Virus record (IMG/VR): IMGVR_UViG_3300010286_000010
Span: 1-27,495 of that record
DNA: 27,495 bases
DNA from: a virus
Lineage: Duplodnaviria > Caudoviricetes
Reading direction: 5' to 3' (one strand)
Shown: piece by piece, positions 7,496-16,300 of the stretch
Layout: every line of letters begins with the position of its first letter
Position numbering within the stretch: position 1 is the first letter of the stretch
The notes under the pieces: generated by a model
What the model was told of the DNA's origin: nothing
Seen by the model: the letters and a program-made list of their open reading frames with translations, nothing else
Databases searched by the model: none
Position numbers and translations under genes: made by a program

Positions 7496-9304
7496 ATGTC
7501 TACAGTAAAAACTAAAAGCATAGTTGCTTCAAACATTGTAAAAAAGGAGCAGTTAAGAGAAGTCCAAAAACAAACTTTGGCTAATCTTAAGGATGCTTTA
7601 ATTCATTCGGCAGGTCCTTACGGATCAACAACCGGTATTATAAGAGATGGACAGTTTACAGAATATACAAAAGATGGTCACACTATTTTAGAGTCCATCA
7701 AATATAATCGTTCGATTGAGAGCTCAATTCAAAAAGAGCTTACAGAATTAACAAGATATATTGTTGTAAAGGTTGGTGACGGTACAACCTCAGCAGTAAT
7801 CTTATCATCATTAATATTTGATGAGTTATGTGCTCTTGAGGTTGACAAAAAGATGCCACCTTATAAGATTATAGAATTATTTAAAGATATCGTAGAAGTA
7901 TTAAAGAAGGATATCTTAACTAAGAGAAGAAATCTTACTTTAGACGATGTTTACGATATCGCAATGATTTGTACAAACAACAATAAAGAGGTATCTGAAA
8001 TATTATATCGTATTTATGAAAAACATGGTTTGGATGTATTTATCGATGTCGGTACATCGACAAATCATCAGAATGTTATTAAGTCATATGACGGCTTAAC
8101 ATTAGAAGTCGGCTATTCAGATCCGGCTTATATAAATACAATGGCTAAAACAAATAATGGAAGCACTGTTGATGCTGGAAGCAGCATTATAAGAAATGCA
8201 TCTATATATGCATTCCAAGATCCGATTGATACTCCAGAAATGACATCTTTCTTACAGGCCATTATATATAAGAATATATTCAAGCCATATAATGAATATA
8301 CCAATTCAGGAAATTCAGATTTTCTGAAGAAAGTGGTTCCAACAGTAATTATGGCTCCAAAAATTTCAATCGATAATTCTACGTTTATGACCGATATTGT
8401 TCAATATATGTACAGTTTCGGTGATAACTTAGATATGAAACCTCCGTTGTTAATTATTACCAATATCGGAGAAGTTAACTACGAAATATACTCAGATTTA
8501 TGGAGATTATGTGGATGCAAGCCTATCAAAAAATATATCGATCCAGAGATTCAAAAGAAAGATATCGAAGAGGGTAAAGCTCCAACTCCTGAAACAGTAT
8601 GCAATTTCTGTGGCTATGCTGATGAAGTTAAGAGTGATGCTTATAAGACCACATTTATCAATCCGAAGGATATGTTTGTAGATGGAGATCCATCTAAAGG
8701 TCATTCTCAGGCATATAAAGCTCAATTAAACTTCATTGAACAGCAGTTAAAAGTTGCTGAAGAACAAGATGAAGATATTAATGAAATATACAACCTCAAG
8801 AGAAGATTACATAGTCTCAAAGCCAATATGGTTGATTACCTTGTTGGCGGTGTAACAGTTACAGACCGTGACTCTACAAGAGCTCTTGTAGAAGATGCTG
8901 TTAAGAATATTAGGTCTGCTTCTCAAAATGGTGTAGGTTATGGAGCTAATTATGAAGGTTTAAGAGCTGTTCATAATTATCTAAATAAAGTTACTAAATC
9001 AGAAGAAGAAATTCTAATTGCAAAGGTAATCTACAATGCATATAAAAAGATCAGTGAATTACTATATGGAAGCGCAATCGCTGATGAAGAAGAAGTTAAG
9101 AAACTTGTTCAGAAGTCATTGGATGAAGATTGCGGTCCTATAAATCTTACCAATCTTGAATTTGATGGTAAAGTATTAAGCACAATAGATTCAGATGTAA
9201 CCATTTTGGATGTGCTTGCAAAAATTATAACAATTATGTTTACAACAAATCAGATGTTGGTGCAAACTCCAAATCACAATATGTATAGTATTGATGAGTT
9301 CTAA
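7496..9304 (+). CDS. groEL: Phage-encoded chaperonin (GroEL/Cpn60/TCP-1 family)
   Basis: AGPYG, TKDGHTIL, VGDGTTSAVIL nucleotide-binding motifs, VGG...VEDAV...GVGYG region; 602 aa. Confidence 0.92.
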   Translation: MSTVKTKSIVASNIVKKEQLREVQKQTLANLKDALIHSAGPYGSTTGIIRDGQFTEYTKDGHTILESIKYNRSIESSIQKELTELTRYIVVKVGDGTTSAVILSSLIFDELCALEVDKKMPPYKIIELFKDIVEVLKKDILTKRRNLTLDDVYDIAMICTNNNKEVSEILYRIYEKHGLDVFIDVGTSTNHQNVIKSYDGLTLEVGYSDPAYINTMAKTNNGSTVDAGSSIIRNASIYAFQDPIDTPEMTSFLQAIIYKNIFKPYNEYTNSGNSDFLKKVVPTVIMAPKISIDNSTFMTDIVQYMYSFGDNLDMKPPLLIITNIGEVNYEIYSDLWRLCGCKPIKKYIDPEIQKKDIEEGKAPTPETVCNFCGYADEVKSDAYKTTFINPKDMFVDGDPSKGHSQAYKAQLNFIEQQLKVAEEQDEDINEIYNLKRRLHSLKANMVDYLVGGVTVTDRDSTRALVEDAVKNIRSASQNGVGYGANYEGLRAVHNYLNKVTKSEEEILIAKVIYNAYKKISELLYGSAIADEEEVKKLVQKSLDEDCGPINLTNLEFDGKVLSTIDSDVTILDVLAKIITIMFTTNQMLVQTPNHNMYSIDEF

Positions 9305-9314
9305 CATCTGAATA
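9303..9314 (+). promoter_or_regulatory. Late-promoter motif AACA-N6-TA overlapping the chaperonin stop codon
   Basis: AACA TCTGAA TA immediately before a hairpin. Confidence 0.4.
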
Positions 9315-9350
9315 AAGAGAGTGGATTAAAACTCCACTCTCTTATTTTTT
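9315..9350 (+). terminator. Intrinsic terminator (or 5' leader hairpin of next gene)
   Basis: 11-bp stem AAGAGAGTGGA / TCCACTCTCTT then ATTTTTT. Confidence 0.75.
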
Positions 9351-9366
9351 AGGAGGTGAATCCTAT

Positions 9367-10158
9367 ATGACGTTACAAGAATATATTAATAATCCATTAG
9401 GAAAAACCAATGCATTAATTCCTCATAGAGAAATGTACAGACAACTCTATGCAGATAAATTAAATAAAATAATGGTAAGAGAAAACGGACAGGTAAATTA
9501 TACTCTATACGAATCAAGTGATGCATATATTTGTCATATAAAAGTGCCAAGTGAAGTAGTAGATAAATTCTATTACGATGTGGTAATAAAATTTAAAAAA
9601 GAAAAAGGTATAAAGAATCTTTTAGATAGTCAAGTTAAATTTTATAGTAACGATCCTTCTTTTGTATTTACATTTGCCCATGCATTTATAAAGAATAAAA
9701 TGTTTATTGAAGAGCTTGAAGACAAGATGTCTAAAGAAGCAGTAAAGGAAAGAGCAGATATAAGAAATCCTAAAGATCAAGTAGGATATGTAAAATCATT
9801 ATATTTTGCATATTTATTAATGCAACAAAGAGGATTATTTAATCCTGTAAAATATGAGATAGAAAGAAAGCCTTATAGTGATAGAATCCTCAAATCTAAT
9901 ATAATGCACGCTGATGAAAAGATTAGATTAAGACAAGAGGCTCAAGAAAAATTAAATAAGAAAAAATCAGATAATAAAGAAATACCAAAACCGAGAAGGC
10001 AAGATATTATACATCCCTCTTCCGGTGATACTACCCCTATTGAAAAACCGACTGTTTCATATACAAATAGAGTTGGAACAATTGGTTCTGTAAAAACAAC
10101 AAAGAATACTAATAAAATTAATAAAATAAATAATGTAAAGAAAACAAAGAAGGTGTAA
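9367..10158 (+). CDS. Hypothetical protein, basic C-terminus, degenerate SWIM-like segment
   Basis: SD AGGAGGTG; YDVVIKF...VKFYSNDPSFVF...RNP...GYVKSL; Lys-rich tail. Confidence 0.6.
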   Translation: MTLQEYINNPLGKTNALIPHREMYRQLYADKLNKIMVRENGQVNYTLYESSDAYICHIKVPSEVVDKFYYDVVIKFKKEKGIKNLLDSQVKFYSNDPSFVFTFAHAFIKNKMFIEELEDKMSKEAVKERADIRNPKDQVGYVKSLYFAYLLMQQRGLFNPVKYEIERKPYSDRILKSNIMHADEKIRLRQEAQEKLNKKKSDNKEIPKPRRQDIIHPSSGDTTPIEKPTVSYTNRVGTIGSVKTTKNTNKINKINNVKKTKKV

Positions 10159-10164
10159 AATAAT

Positions 10165-10650
10165 ATGAATATTATAGCAGCAATCGACAAGAATAATGGT
10201 ATAGGACTCAAAGGCCAATTATTAGAATATATACGAGAAGATATAGCTACATTTAAATCAATAACTACCAATAATGTAGTTGTTATGGGTAGAAAGACTT
10301 TTGAATCTATTGGATGTAAGCCATTAAAGAATAGAATAAATATTATACTGACAAGTGATACTAATTATAAAGTAGAAAATGCTCTTGTGGCTCATTCTTT
10401 TGATGAATTAATGATCATGCTTAATAATTTTAAGAGCGATTCTATTTATATTATAGGCGGAGCTAAAGTATATGAACTGATGTTTGAATTTTGTGACAGA
10501 TTATGTATAACTCATATAGAAAAAGAATATGAGTCAGATACCAAATTCCCTAAAATAGATATGTATAAATGGAAAGTTACATATGAAAGCAGAAAACTTA
10601 AGAGCGAATCAGGTACAGAATATTATTATAGAATATATTCAAAATTATAG
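10165..10650 (+). CDS. folA: Dihydrofolate reductase
   Basis: IAAIDKNNGIG, ED..F, VVMGRKTFESI, PLKNRINIILT, IIGGAKVY, DTKFP motifs. Confidence 0.96.
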   Translation: MNIIAAIDKNNGIGLKGQLLEYIREDIATFKSITTNNVVVMGRKTFESIGCKPLKNRINIILTSDTNYKVENALVAHSFDELMIMLNNFKSDSIYIIGGAKVYELMFEFCDRLCITHIEKEYESDTKFPKIDMYKWKVTYESRKLKSESGTEYYYRIYSKL

Positions 10651-10679
10651 GGAATAGGTAAAATCCTATTCCCTTTTTT
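10649..10679 (+). terminator. Intrinsic terminator
   Basis: 10-bp stem AGGGAATAGG / CCTATTCCCT then T-run. Confidence 0.85.
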
Positions 10680-10682
10680 AAA

Positions 10683-10702
10683 TATATATTATAACTATGA
10701 GA
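10683..10702 (+). promoter_or_regulatory. Candidate early (virion RNAP) promoter motif
   Basis: TATATATTATAACTATGAGA, directly after a terminator; 18/20 identical to 5400-5419. Confidence 0.55.
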
Positions 10703-10747
10703 AAAGTAAATTCTAAATGAAAAAATGTAATAAAATATTGAAGCGTC

Positions 10748-10759
10748 AACATTATATTA
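10748..10759 (+). promoter_or_regulatory. Phage late-promoter motif AACA-N6-TA
   Basis: AACA TTATAT TA followed by hairpin AATGTAT / ATACATT starting at predicted +1. Confidence 0.55.
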
Positions 10760-10816
10760 ATGTATAGCGAATACATTACATATATCATTAATATCATATA
10801 AGGAGGGAAATAATTT

Positions 10817-10840
10817 ATGCATCAAGATACATCAACTTAG
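10817..10840 (+). CDS. Candidate leader peptide / uORF MHQDTST
   Basis: SD AGGAGGG (10801-10807) 9 nt before ATG CAT CAA GAT ACA TCA ACT TAG. Confidence 0.4.
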   Translation: MHQDTST

Positions 10841-10885
10841 TATCCTCATCCAAATTAAAATAAACTAGGAGGAGGGAACTTAATT

Positions 10886-12499
10886 GTGGAAGTAATGGTT
10901 AGTTTTGATGGGATAAATGACGACTACCTGTCAAAAAAGAGAGGAAAAACAAATAATAGCTCAATTGAAAGTTCCAAAATTGAATCTATTAAACCAGAAT
11001 TAATGGTTTCTTTTGAGAAGAAGAACGTCATCTATGTAGACGATTGGATTCCGGAACCATCTGATTTAATATTCAGGCACGTTGATAAAGCGATAATATT
11101 GCCGGTAAGTGCGTACTATGGTATCCCAGAATCTACAGATTTGGATTACTTTATATTATCACCAAAAAGATGTTATAACAAGCCTGAAATGAGAACTCAT
11201 ACAACTCATTATCTGAACTATTTTGAAAAGTTCTATGATCTGGATAGAGAGTTGGTAATAATTTACTTTCAGTTAAAATATCTTATGGACTTCAATAAAG
11301 AGTATAACAAGTTTAACTTTATAAATGACCTAAGAAGATATATAATCTACAATAAGTCTATACTAAAAAAGCTGTTCTATATGAATGAGGATAATTATCT
11401 CATTCAGTTAAAAGCGAAAAAGGGTCGTTCTGTACCATCATTACAGTATACAACAAAGCATGGCAAGATTATGATGCAAATGTCTTTGTTAATGAATATG
11501 GTACTACCTTTAATAACTCATTTCGCATATCTAAAGAATATTGACAATATTGACAATATTCTCTTAGAGGTGTATGATGATATAATCCATCTGTCAGATG
11601 TTGATATATACAACAAATTGTATGAAACAGCATTGACAGAGATTAAAAGAAATGAGAGTGTACATGGTCTGATCTGGAACATGCAAGATATTAGAGGCAA
11701 GAATGTTACAACACATGTAATCAGCTCAATTGAGAATATATTGCTGAACATAATGCCTAAGTATACTTATAATCAAAATATCATAAGTTTTAACTGTACT
11801 TCTATCCGTAAAAATACGGGGTTTAAAATTACGGATATCAAGTATGAGTTTAACTTTAAATTATTATCTTCATCTAATAGAGATGAGGATTTTAATAGCG
11901 ACTTCGATAAATTCGAGTCCAAATTAATAAGACAAGACGAAGCTTTATATCTCCAGAATAAAGTTAATTGTCAGGAGACTATGAAAGAGATAGAAAAGCA
12001 ATTTGGGCCATTCACTGAAGATGAAATAAACTTCTATATTGAAGCTCTTCAGGAAGGTGGCACAAATGTAATTAATAAGTTCCAAAAAGATTTGATATTC
12101 AATCTGTTTTATAAATATTTTGGAGATCCTGTCTCTATAAATGCAATTAATAAAATAGATTATATTAAATTGATGATAGCAGCAAAAAGGATACTTCAGG
12201 CATATAATATGGTTATTATGCCATATATAATAAGCAGTAAGATATTAAGAATACCAAATAGAAAATCTGTGAATAAAAAAGAGTTAGTTAAACTTGAAGC
12301 TTCTCCTTATTGGCAACAGATTAAAAACAAGTATAGAAATCCAAAAATTGAAGATTATATATTAGGTCAGATAGCTATTATCTTGTCATCTGAATTTAAG
12401 ATAATTGACTATGATGATAGAGAAATAAATGGTAAGATAATAGAAAATCTTCCGGATATTATCTGTGAAGAATTTCTAATATTTGTATTAATGATTTAA
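10886..12499 (+). CDS. Conserved jumbo-phage protein; candidate sigma-like promoter-specificity subunit of non-virion RNA polymerase
   Basis: 537-aa helical ORF, GTG start with SD AGGAGGAGG. Function inferred from position near the chaperonin (as recalled for AR9 gp228/gp226), size and upstream early-type motif; no sequence motif confirms it. Confidence 0.5.
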   Translation: MEVMVSFDGINDDYLSKKRGKTNNSSIESSKIESIKPELMVSFEKKNVIYVDDWIPEPSDLIFRHVDKAIILPVSAYYGIPESTDLDYFILSPKRCYNKPEMRTHTTHYLNYFEKFYDLDRELVIIYFQLKYLMDFNKEYNKFNFINDLRRYIIYNKSILKKLFYMNEDNYLIQLKAKKGRSVPSLQYTTKHGKIMMQMSLLMNMVLPLITHFAYLKNIDNIDNILLEVYDDIIHLSDVDIYNKLYETALTEIKRNESVHGLIWNMQDIRGKNVTTHVISSIENILLNIMPKYTYNQNIISFNCTSIRKNTGFKITDIKYEFNFKLLSSSNRDEDFNSDFDKFESKLIRQDEALYLQNKVNCQETMKEIEKQFGPFTEDEINFYIEALQEGGTNVINKFQKDLIFNLFYKYFGDPVSINAINKIDYIKLMIAAKRILQAYNMVIMPYIISSKILRIPNRKSVNKKELVKLEASPYWQQIKNKYRNPKIEDYILGQIAIILSSEFKIIDYDDREINGKIIENLPDIICEEFLIFVLMI

Positions 12500-12512
12500 G
12501 ATACACAATATA

Positions 12513-12550
12513 TGCCCAGAGGCTCCATAAAGCCTCTGGGCACATTTTTT
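12513..12550 (+). terminator. Intrinsic terminator
   Basis: 12-bp stem TGCCCAGAGGCT / AGCCTCTGGGCA then CATTTTTT. Confidence 0.85.
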
Positions 12551-12585
12551 GAAAGGAAGAAATTAGTAGCCATTGAGAAATCCAT

Positions 12586-12597
12586 TATTTATATGTT
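12586..12597 (-). promoter_or_regulatory. Antisense AACA-N6-TA motif
   Basis: Minus strand AACA TATAAA TA pointing at the 3' end of 10886..12499; no CDS downstream. Confidence 0.3.
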
Positions 12598-12635
12598 TAT
12601 ATATTTATATAAAAATCAGTTTATATTTTTATATT

Positions 12636-12647
12636 TACATAAATGTA
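12636..12647 (+). promoter_or_regulatory. Variant late-promoter motif TACA-N6-TA
   Basis: TACA TAAATG TA, 17 nt before ATG 12664; one mismatch. Confidence 0.35.
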
Positions 12648-12663
12648 ATAGGAGGAGATAAGT

Positions 12664-13296
12664 ATGTTTTTTAAGAATAAAAATAAAAAGATAAGAAGAC
12701 AGGAAATACGTTATACATATTCAGATGCTAATATGATTGAAGCTATAAATAAATATTTGAATGAGCTTGATAAAAATGAAAAGAATTTCAAGCTGCTAAA
12801 ATTATCATTTATATTTAGCGAAAGAAAAATAATAATTATATTTAAATCCAGCTTTGAAGTAAGGAGGATGATTGCCGATAAGCTTAGACAATATGATTCT
12901 GAAGCTCCACTATTAAGATTACAGAGGATAATGGAAGCTGAAGATAAAATTGTTGAAGATGATATGGCTAAATACGAATCTGAGCAGGTAGAGCCTACTA
13001 TTGTAAGTGATGACGAGATAGATGTAGATACCGGTGAAAGATTAAAGATTGGAGATTCTGTAAGGCATTTTAAAGGAAACAAATTCCTAATATTAGCCTT
13101 TGCAAAGCATACAGAAAGTGGTAAAAAGTTAGTTATATATCAGTCATTAAATGGAGACAAGCAGGTTTATGCAAAACATTACGGTATGTTTATGGGTAAA
13201 GTTGATAAGAATAAATACCCAGATGCAACACAAGAATACCGTTTTGAATTGTATGATCCAACACAATCTGATGAGGACGAAAATGAAGAAATCTAA
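12664..13296 (+). CDS. DUF1653 domain-containing protein
   Basis: C-terminal VRHFKGNKF...AKHTESGKKLVIYQSL...MFMGKVDKNKYPDATQEYRFE signature. Confidence 0.85.
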   Translation: MFFKNKNKKIRRQEIRYTYSDANMIEAINKYLNELDKNEKNFKLLKLSFIFSERKIIIIFKSSFEVRRMIADKLRQYDSEAPLLRLQRIMEAEDKIVEDDMAKYESEQVEPTIVSDDEIDVDTGERLKIGDSVRHFKGNKFLILAFAKHTESGKKLVIYQSLNGDKQVYAKHYGMFMGKVDKNKYPDATQEYRFELYDPTQSDEDENEEI

Positions 13297-13305
13297 TTAG
13301 GAGGC

Positions 13306-14346
13306 ATGAGTATGGACTCGAGAAGATATAAGGAGTTCTTATTATCTAATATACCAAGTGCTAAAGAGGCGTCTGGCGGAAGAGAAGTGGTATGTAGATG
13401 CTTCTCGTGTCCAGACTCCAAAGATCCAACAAAAGGACATTTGTATATTAGCATTCCGCAAAATGAAAGTGAGCCCAGTTTCTTTGATTGTAAGAAGTGT
13501 GGCTATCACGGGATGGTAACTTATCAAAAATTATTGGAGTGGTCATTATTTGATTCTGATATGGCATTAGAATTAGCTAATCATAATAAGAAAGCTATGA
13601 CCAATCCTGCATATTATCACAAATATAATCAGAATATATATAATATAAGTAATTCATTTATTACTCAGGACGAATTATCAGAGAAAAAATTAATATATAT
13701 AAATAATAGATTAGGATTGAACTTTAATTATCAAGATCTTCTTGATAATAAAATCGTTCTAAATCTAAAAGATTTATTAAAGGCTAATAATATTACTGCA
13801 CTTACACGACATCAAAATATTGTCGAGCAGTTAGATACATCATTTATAGGATTTATTTCGTTCGATAATGCATTTATTAATCTACGTAATTTGGCTCCGG
13901 AAGGTAAAGTATATAAAACTATTGATAAAAGATATATTAACTATAGTTTATTTGATAAACTGGATAATACATGTAAATTTTATGTAATACCATGTCAAGT
14001 AGATATAGCGAATCCTATCCCTATTAAATTACACATTGCCGAGGGGCCTTTTGATATATTATCAATAAAATATAATCTAAGAAAAGACAATAATCAATCT
14101 GTATATGTTGCCGCAACTGGTAAAGGTTATAAGGGAGTTTTACGTTATTTTATGGCAACATTAAAACTTATGAATCTTGAAATACATTTATATGCTGATT
14201 CTGATGTAGAGAGATGGGAAGTAGTAGACTTAGCGAATTTCTTATCAGTATTTAAATATCCATTTTATCTACACCGTAATACTATTGGAAAGGATATGGG
14301 TGTTAAACCCGAATTAATCAGAGAATCTATAGAAAGGTTGGTGTGA
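13306..14346 (+). CDS. DNA primase (zinc finger plus TOPRIM)
   Basis: CFSC...H...FFDCKKCG zinc-binding domain; IAEGPFDILSI and YADSD TOPRIM acidic motifs; KDMG C-terminal motif. Confidence 0.85.
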   Translation: MSMDSRRYKEFLLSNIPSAKEASGGREVVCRCFSCPDSKDPTKGHLYISIPQNESEPSFFDCKKCGYHGMVTYQKLLEWSLFDSDMALELANHNKKAMTNPAYYHKYNQNIYNISNSFITQDELSEKKLIYINNRLGLNFNYQDLLDNKIVLNLKDLLKANNITALTRHQNIVEQLDTSFIGFISFDNAFINLRNLAPEGKVYKTIDKRYINYSLFDKLDNTCKFYVIPCQVDIANPIPIKLHIAEGPFDILSIKYNLRKDNNQSVYVAATGKGYKGVLRYFMATLKLMNLEIHLYADSDVERWEVVDLANFLSVFKYPFYLHRNTIGKDMGVKPELIRESIERLV

Positions 14347-14349
14347 GGG

Positions 14350-14751
14350 ATGGCAGCATTTTATGATGGAGGTTTACACATAGAAGTTGTACCATTTTCA
14401 AAAGAAGGTAGTATAAATTATTTATTTAGAATCACATTTAATTACAACAATAGCATATATTTAGGAAAGGAAGAAACAGTATCAATCCTTTCTACATTGA
14501 GAAATGCTTTAATAGATGGAAAAAATGATTCAATAACCTTCTCAGCAGATAATGATTTATTTACAGATTTTAGTTTATGTATATCCCCATGGTCTGATCG
14601 TGTTTCATTAATATTAAAATATAAAAATAGGCCGGATATAATAAAATTACATTATTATTATAACAACAAAAAATCTTCTATTAAGAAATTTAATAAATTT
14701 ATGGAAGAAGTCACTAGTATGAAATCAATGAATTGGGAGTGTTTATCATGA
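14350..14751 (+). CDS. Hypothetical protein (133 aa)
   Basis: Tightly packed ORF in the operon; no recognisable motif. Confidence 0.7.
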   Translation: MAAFYDGGLHIEVVPFSKEGSINYLFRITFNYNNSIYLGKEETVSILSTLRNALIDGKNDSITFSADNDLFTDFSLCISPWSDRVSLILKYKNRPDIIKLHYYYNNKKSSIKKFNKFMEEVTSMKSMNWECLS

Positions 14752-15371
14752 TTAAAGAAGAAGCTTATAATAAAATGGTTGAGGGTTATATGATAACCCA
14801 TAAACTATTCTCTCCAAAAGAATATCTATATATGGATGAACAATTCATAATCAGAAATTCAAATGGAGAAACATTTGAAAATGATTGGGATGTGCTCAAT
14901 AATCCAGAATGGGCAACTGACTGGTATATATATACCGGTAAACATAATAAGAATTTACCTCCAATCATAAAGAAACAAAAAATAGATATAAGCAAACTTC
15001 CAATGATAGAATCTATCGATGTTGTAGATAATGATCAGTTACTGTTAGAAGATAATAATGTCGATAAGAATAATCTCAAAACATATAGTTTTGAAGAGAA
15101 GGATAAGTGGCTTAGTAAGCTCAAAGAGCAAAGTCTAATAGAGCATAAAAGAATTACAGAAGAATATAAGAGAAATATTAAAAGAACCTCAAATATAATA
15201 TATATATTATATGGGGTTGCTCTATGTATCATAAAATGCACTATTGAAAGTGTATTATTTATGACTCTGCTTCCAGATGTTAAGTTTAAATTATATGCTA
15301 TACTTCTCGACTGGATATTGAGTGGTATATGTATAATATCTATTATTTTACTAAACTTAAGACGTAAATAG
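14748..15371 (+). CDS. Membrane-anchored hypothetical protein (two C-terminal TM helices)
   Basis: ATGA overlap with upstream stop and SD GGGAG support start 14748; two hydrophobic segments at C-terminus. Confidence 0.7.
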   Translation: MIKEEAYNKMVEGYMITHKLFSPKEYLYMDEQFIIRNSNGETFENDWDVLNNPEWATDWYIYTGKHNKNLPPIIKKQKIDISKLPMIESIDVVDNDQLLLEDNNVDKNNLKTYSFEEKDKWLSKLKEQSLIEHKRITEEYKRNIKRTSNIIYILYGVALCIIKCTIESVLFMTLLPDVKFKLYAILLDWILSGICIISIILLNLRRK

Positions 15372-15384
15372 GGAGGACTTTATT

Positions 15385-15990
15385 ATGGACTGTAAAATAT
15401 TTTATCTTGTTGGACCTAGTGGTTCTGGAAAGGATACTATTTATAAGGAATTGCTCGATTTCTTTCAGGGAAAAATAAAACCTATTACACCATATACCAC
15501 TCGTCCAAAGAGAAATAATGAAATCGATGGTGTTACATATAATTTTATCACCAAAGAAAAGTTTGATGAGCTGCTTCAAAGTGGTAAAGTAATAGAATTC
15601 AGAGAATATGATGTAATTGTTGATGAAAAACCAGATAAGTGGGTATATGCGACAATAGATGATGGTCATATAGATCTGAATAATAATTATTATTTAGCTA
15701 TTGGAACTCTGGTTTCTTTAGCTAAAATGAGAGAATACTTTGGTACAGATACTATTGTACCAATTTTTCTACAAGTTAATAAAGATATCCGTTTAGAAAG
15801 ATTAATTTCCAGAGAATTAAGCGGGAAAGAAAACTTTCATGAAATGTGGAGAAGATGGTTTGCTGATAAAATAGATTTTTCCGAAGAAAATATACAAAAA
15901 GTCCAGCCGATAACAATAGTTTTTAATGACAAAGATACTAAGGATACGGTATTTGAAGTTGTTAGAATAATAATCAATAATATTTTGTAA
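15385..15990 (+). CDS. gmk: Guanylate kinase-like nucleotide monophosphate kinase
   Basis: P-loop GPSGSGKDT; YTTRPKRNNEIDGVTYNF guanylate kinase signature. Confidence 0.9.
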   Translation: MDCKIFYLVGPSGSGKDTIYKELLDFFQGKIKPITPYTTRPKRNNEIDGVTYNFITKEKFDELLQSGKVIEFREYDVIVDEKPDKWVYATIDDGHIDLNNNYYLAIGTLVSLAKMREYFGTDTIVPIFLQVNKDIRLERLISRELSGKENFHEMWRRWFADKIDFSEENIQKVQPITIVFNDKDTKDTVFEVVRIIINNIL

Positions 15991-16003
15991 AGGAGAATCG
16001 GTA

Positions 16004-16270
16004 ATGGAAGAATTTGCAGGATATGTTATTGTTGTTTTAATTGTTATCGGGTTTATGACTTTATTAATTAAAGCCTTTGGCAATAGATCCCTATATGATT
16101 CCGAATTTATTTTCAATAAAGCCATTATAAATTTGAATAATGGAGAAATAATATCAATCGATGTTAAGGAATGGATAAATTATAGAGAATCTACTGCCAT
16201 CAAAATTATTTCTCAAGACGGGAAAGTCTATTATACAGATCTTAAGAACTGTGTTTTAATAAAAGAATGA
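16004..16270 (+). CDS. Small membrane-anchored hypothetical protein
   Basis: SD AAGGAG; N-terminal TM segment. Confidence 0.75.
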   Translation: MEEFAGYVIVVLIVIGFMTLLIKAFGNRSLYDSEFIFNKAIINLNNGEIISIDVKEWINYRESTAIKIISQDGKVYYTDLKNCVLIKE

Positions 16271-16300
16271 GGGATAGCAGTTGCTATCCCTCTTTATTTT
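16269..16300. terminator. Bidirectional terminator between convergent genes
   Basis: 10-bp stem GAGGGATAGC / GCTATCCCTC followed by T-rich tract. Confidence 0.8.

Noticed and set aside
10165-10650. DHFR as an acquired trimethoprim-resistance cassette
   Set aside because: No integron attC or IS context; same composition as neighbours; DHFR is a common large-phage nucleotide metabolism gene
15201-15211. TATATATTATA copy as early promoter
   Set aside because: Lies within a TM-coding stretch (IIYILY) and lacks the downstream AnTATGA part; likely compositional
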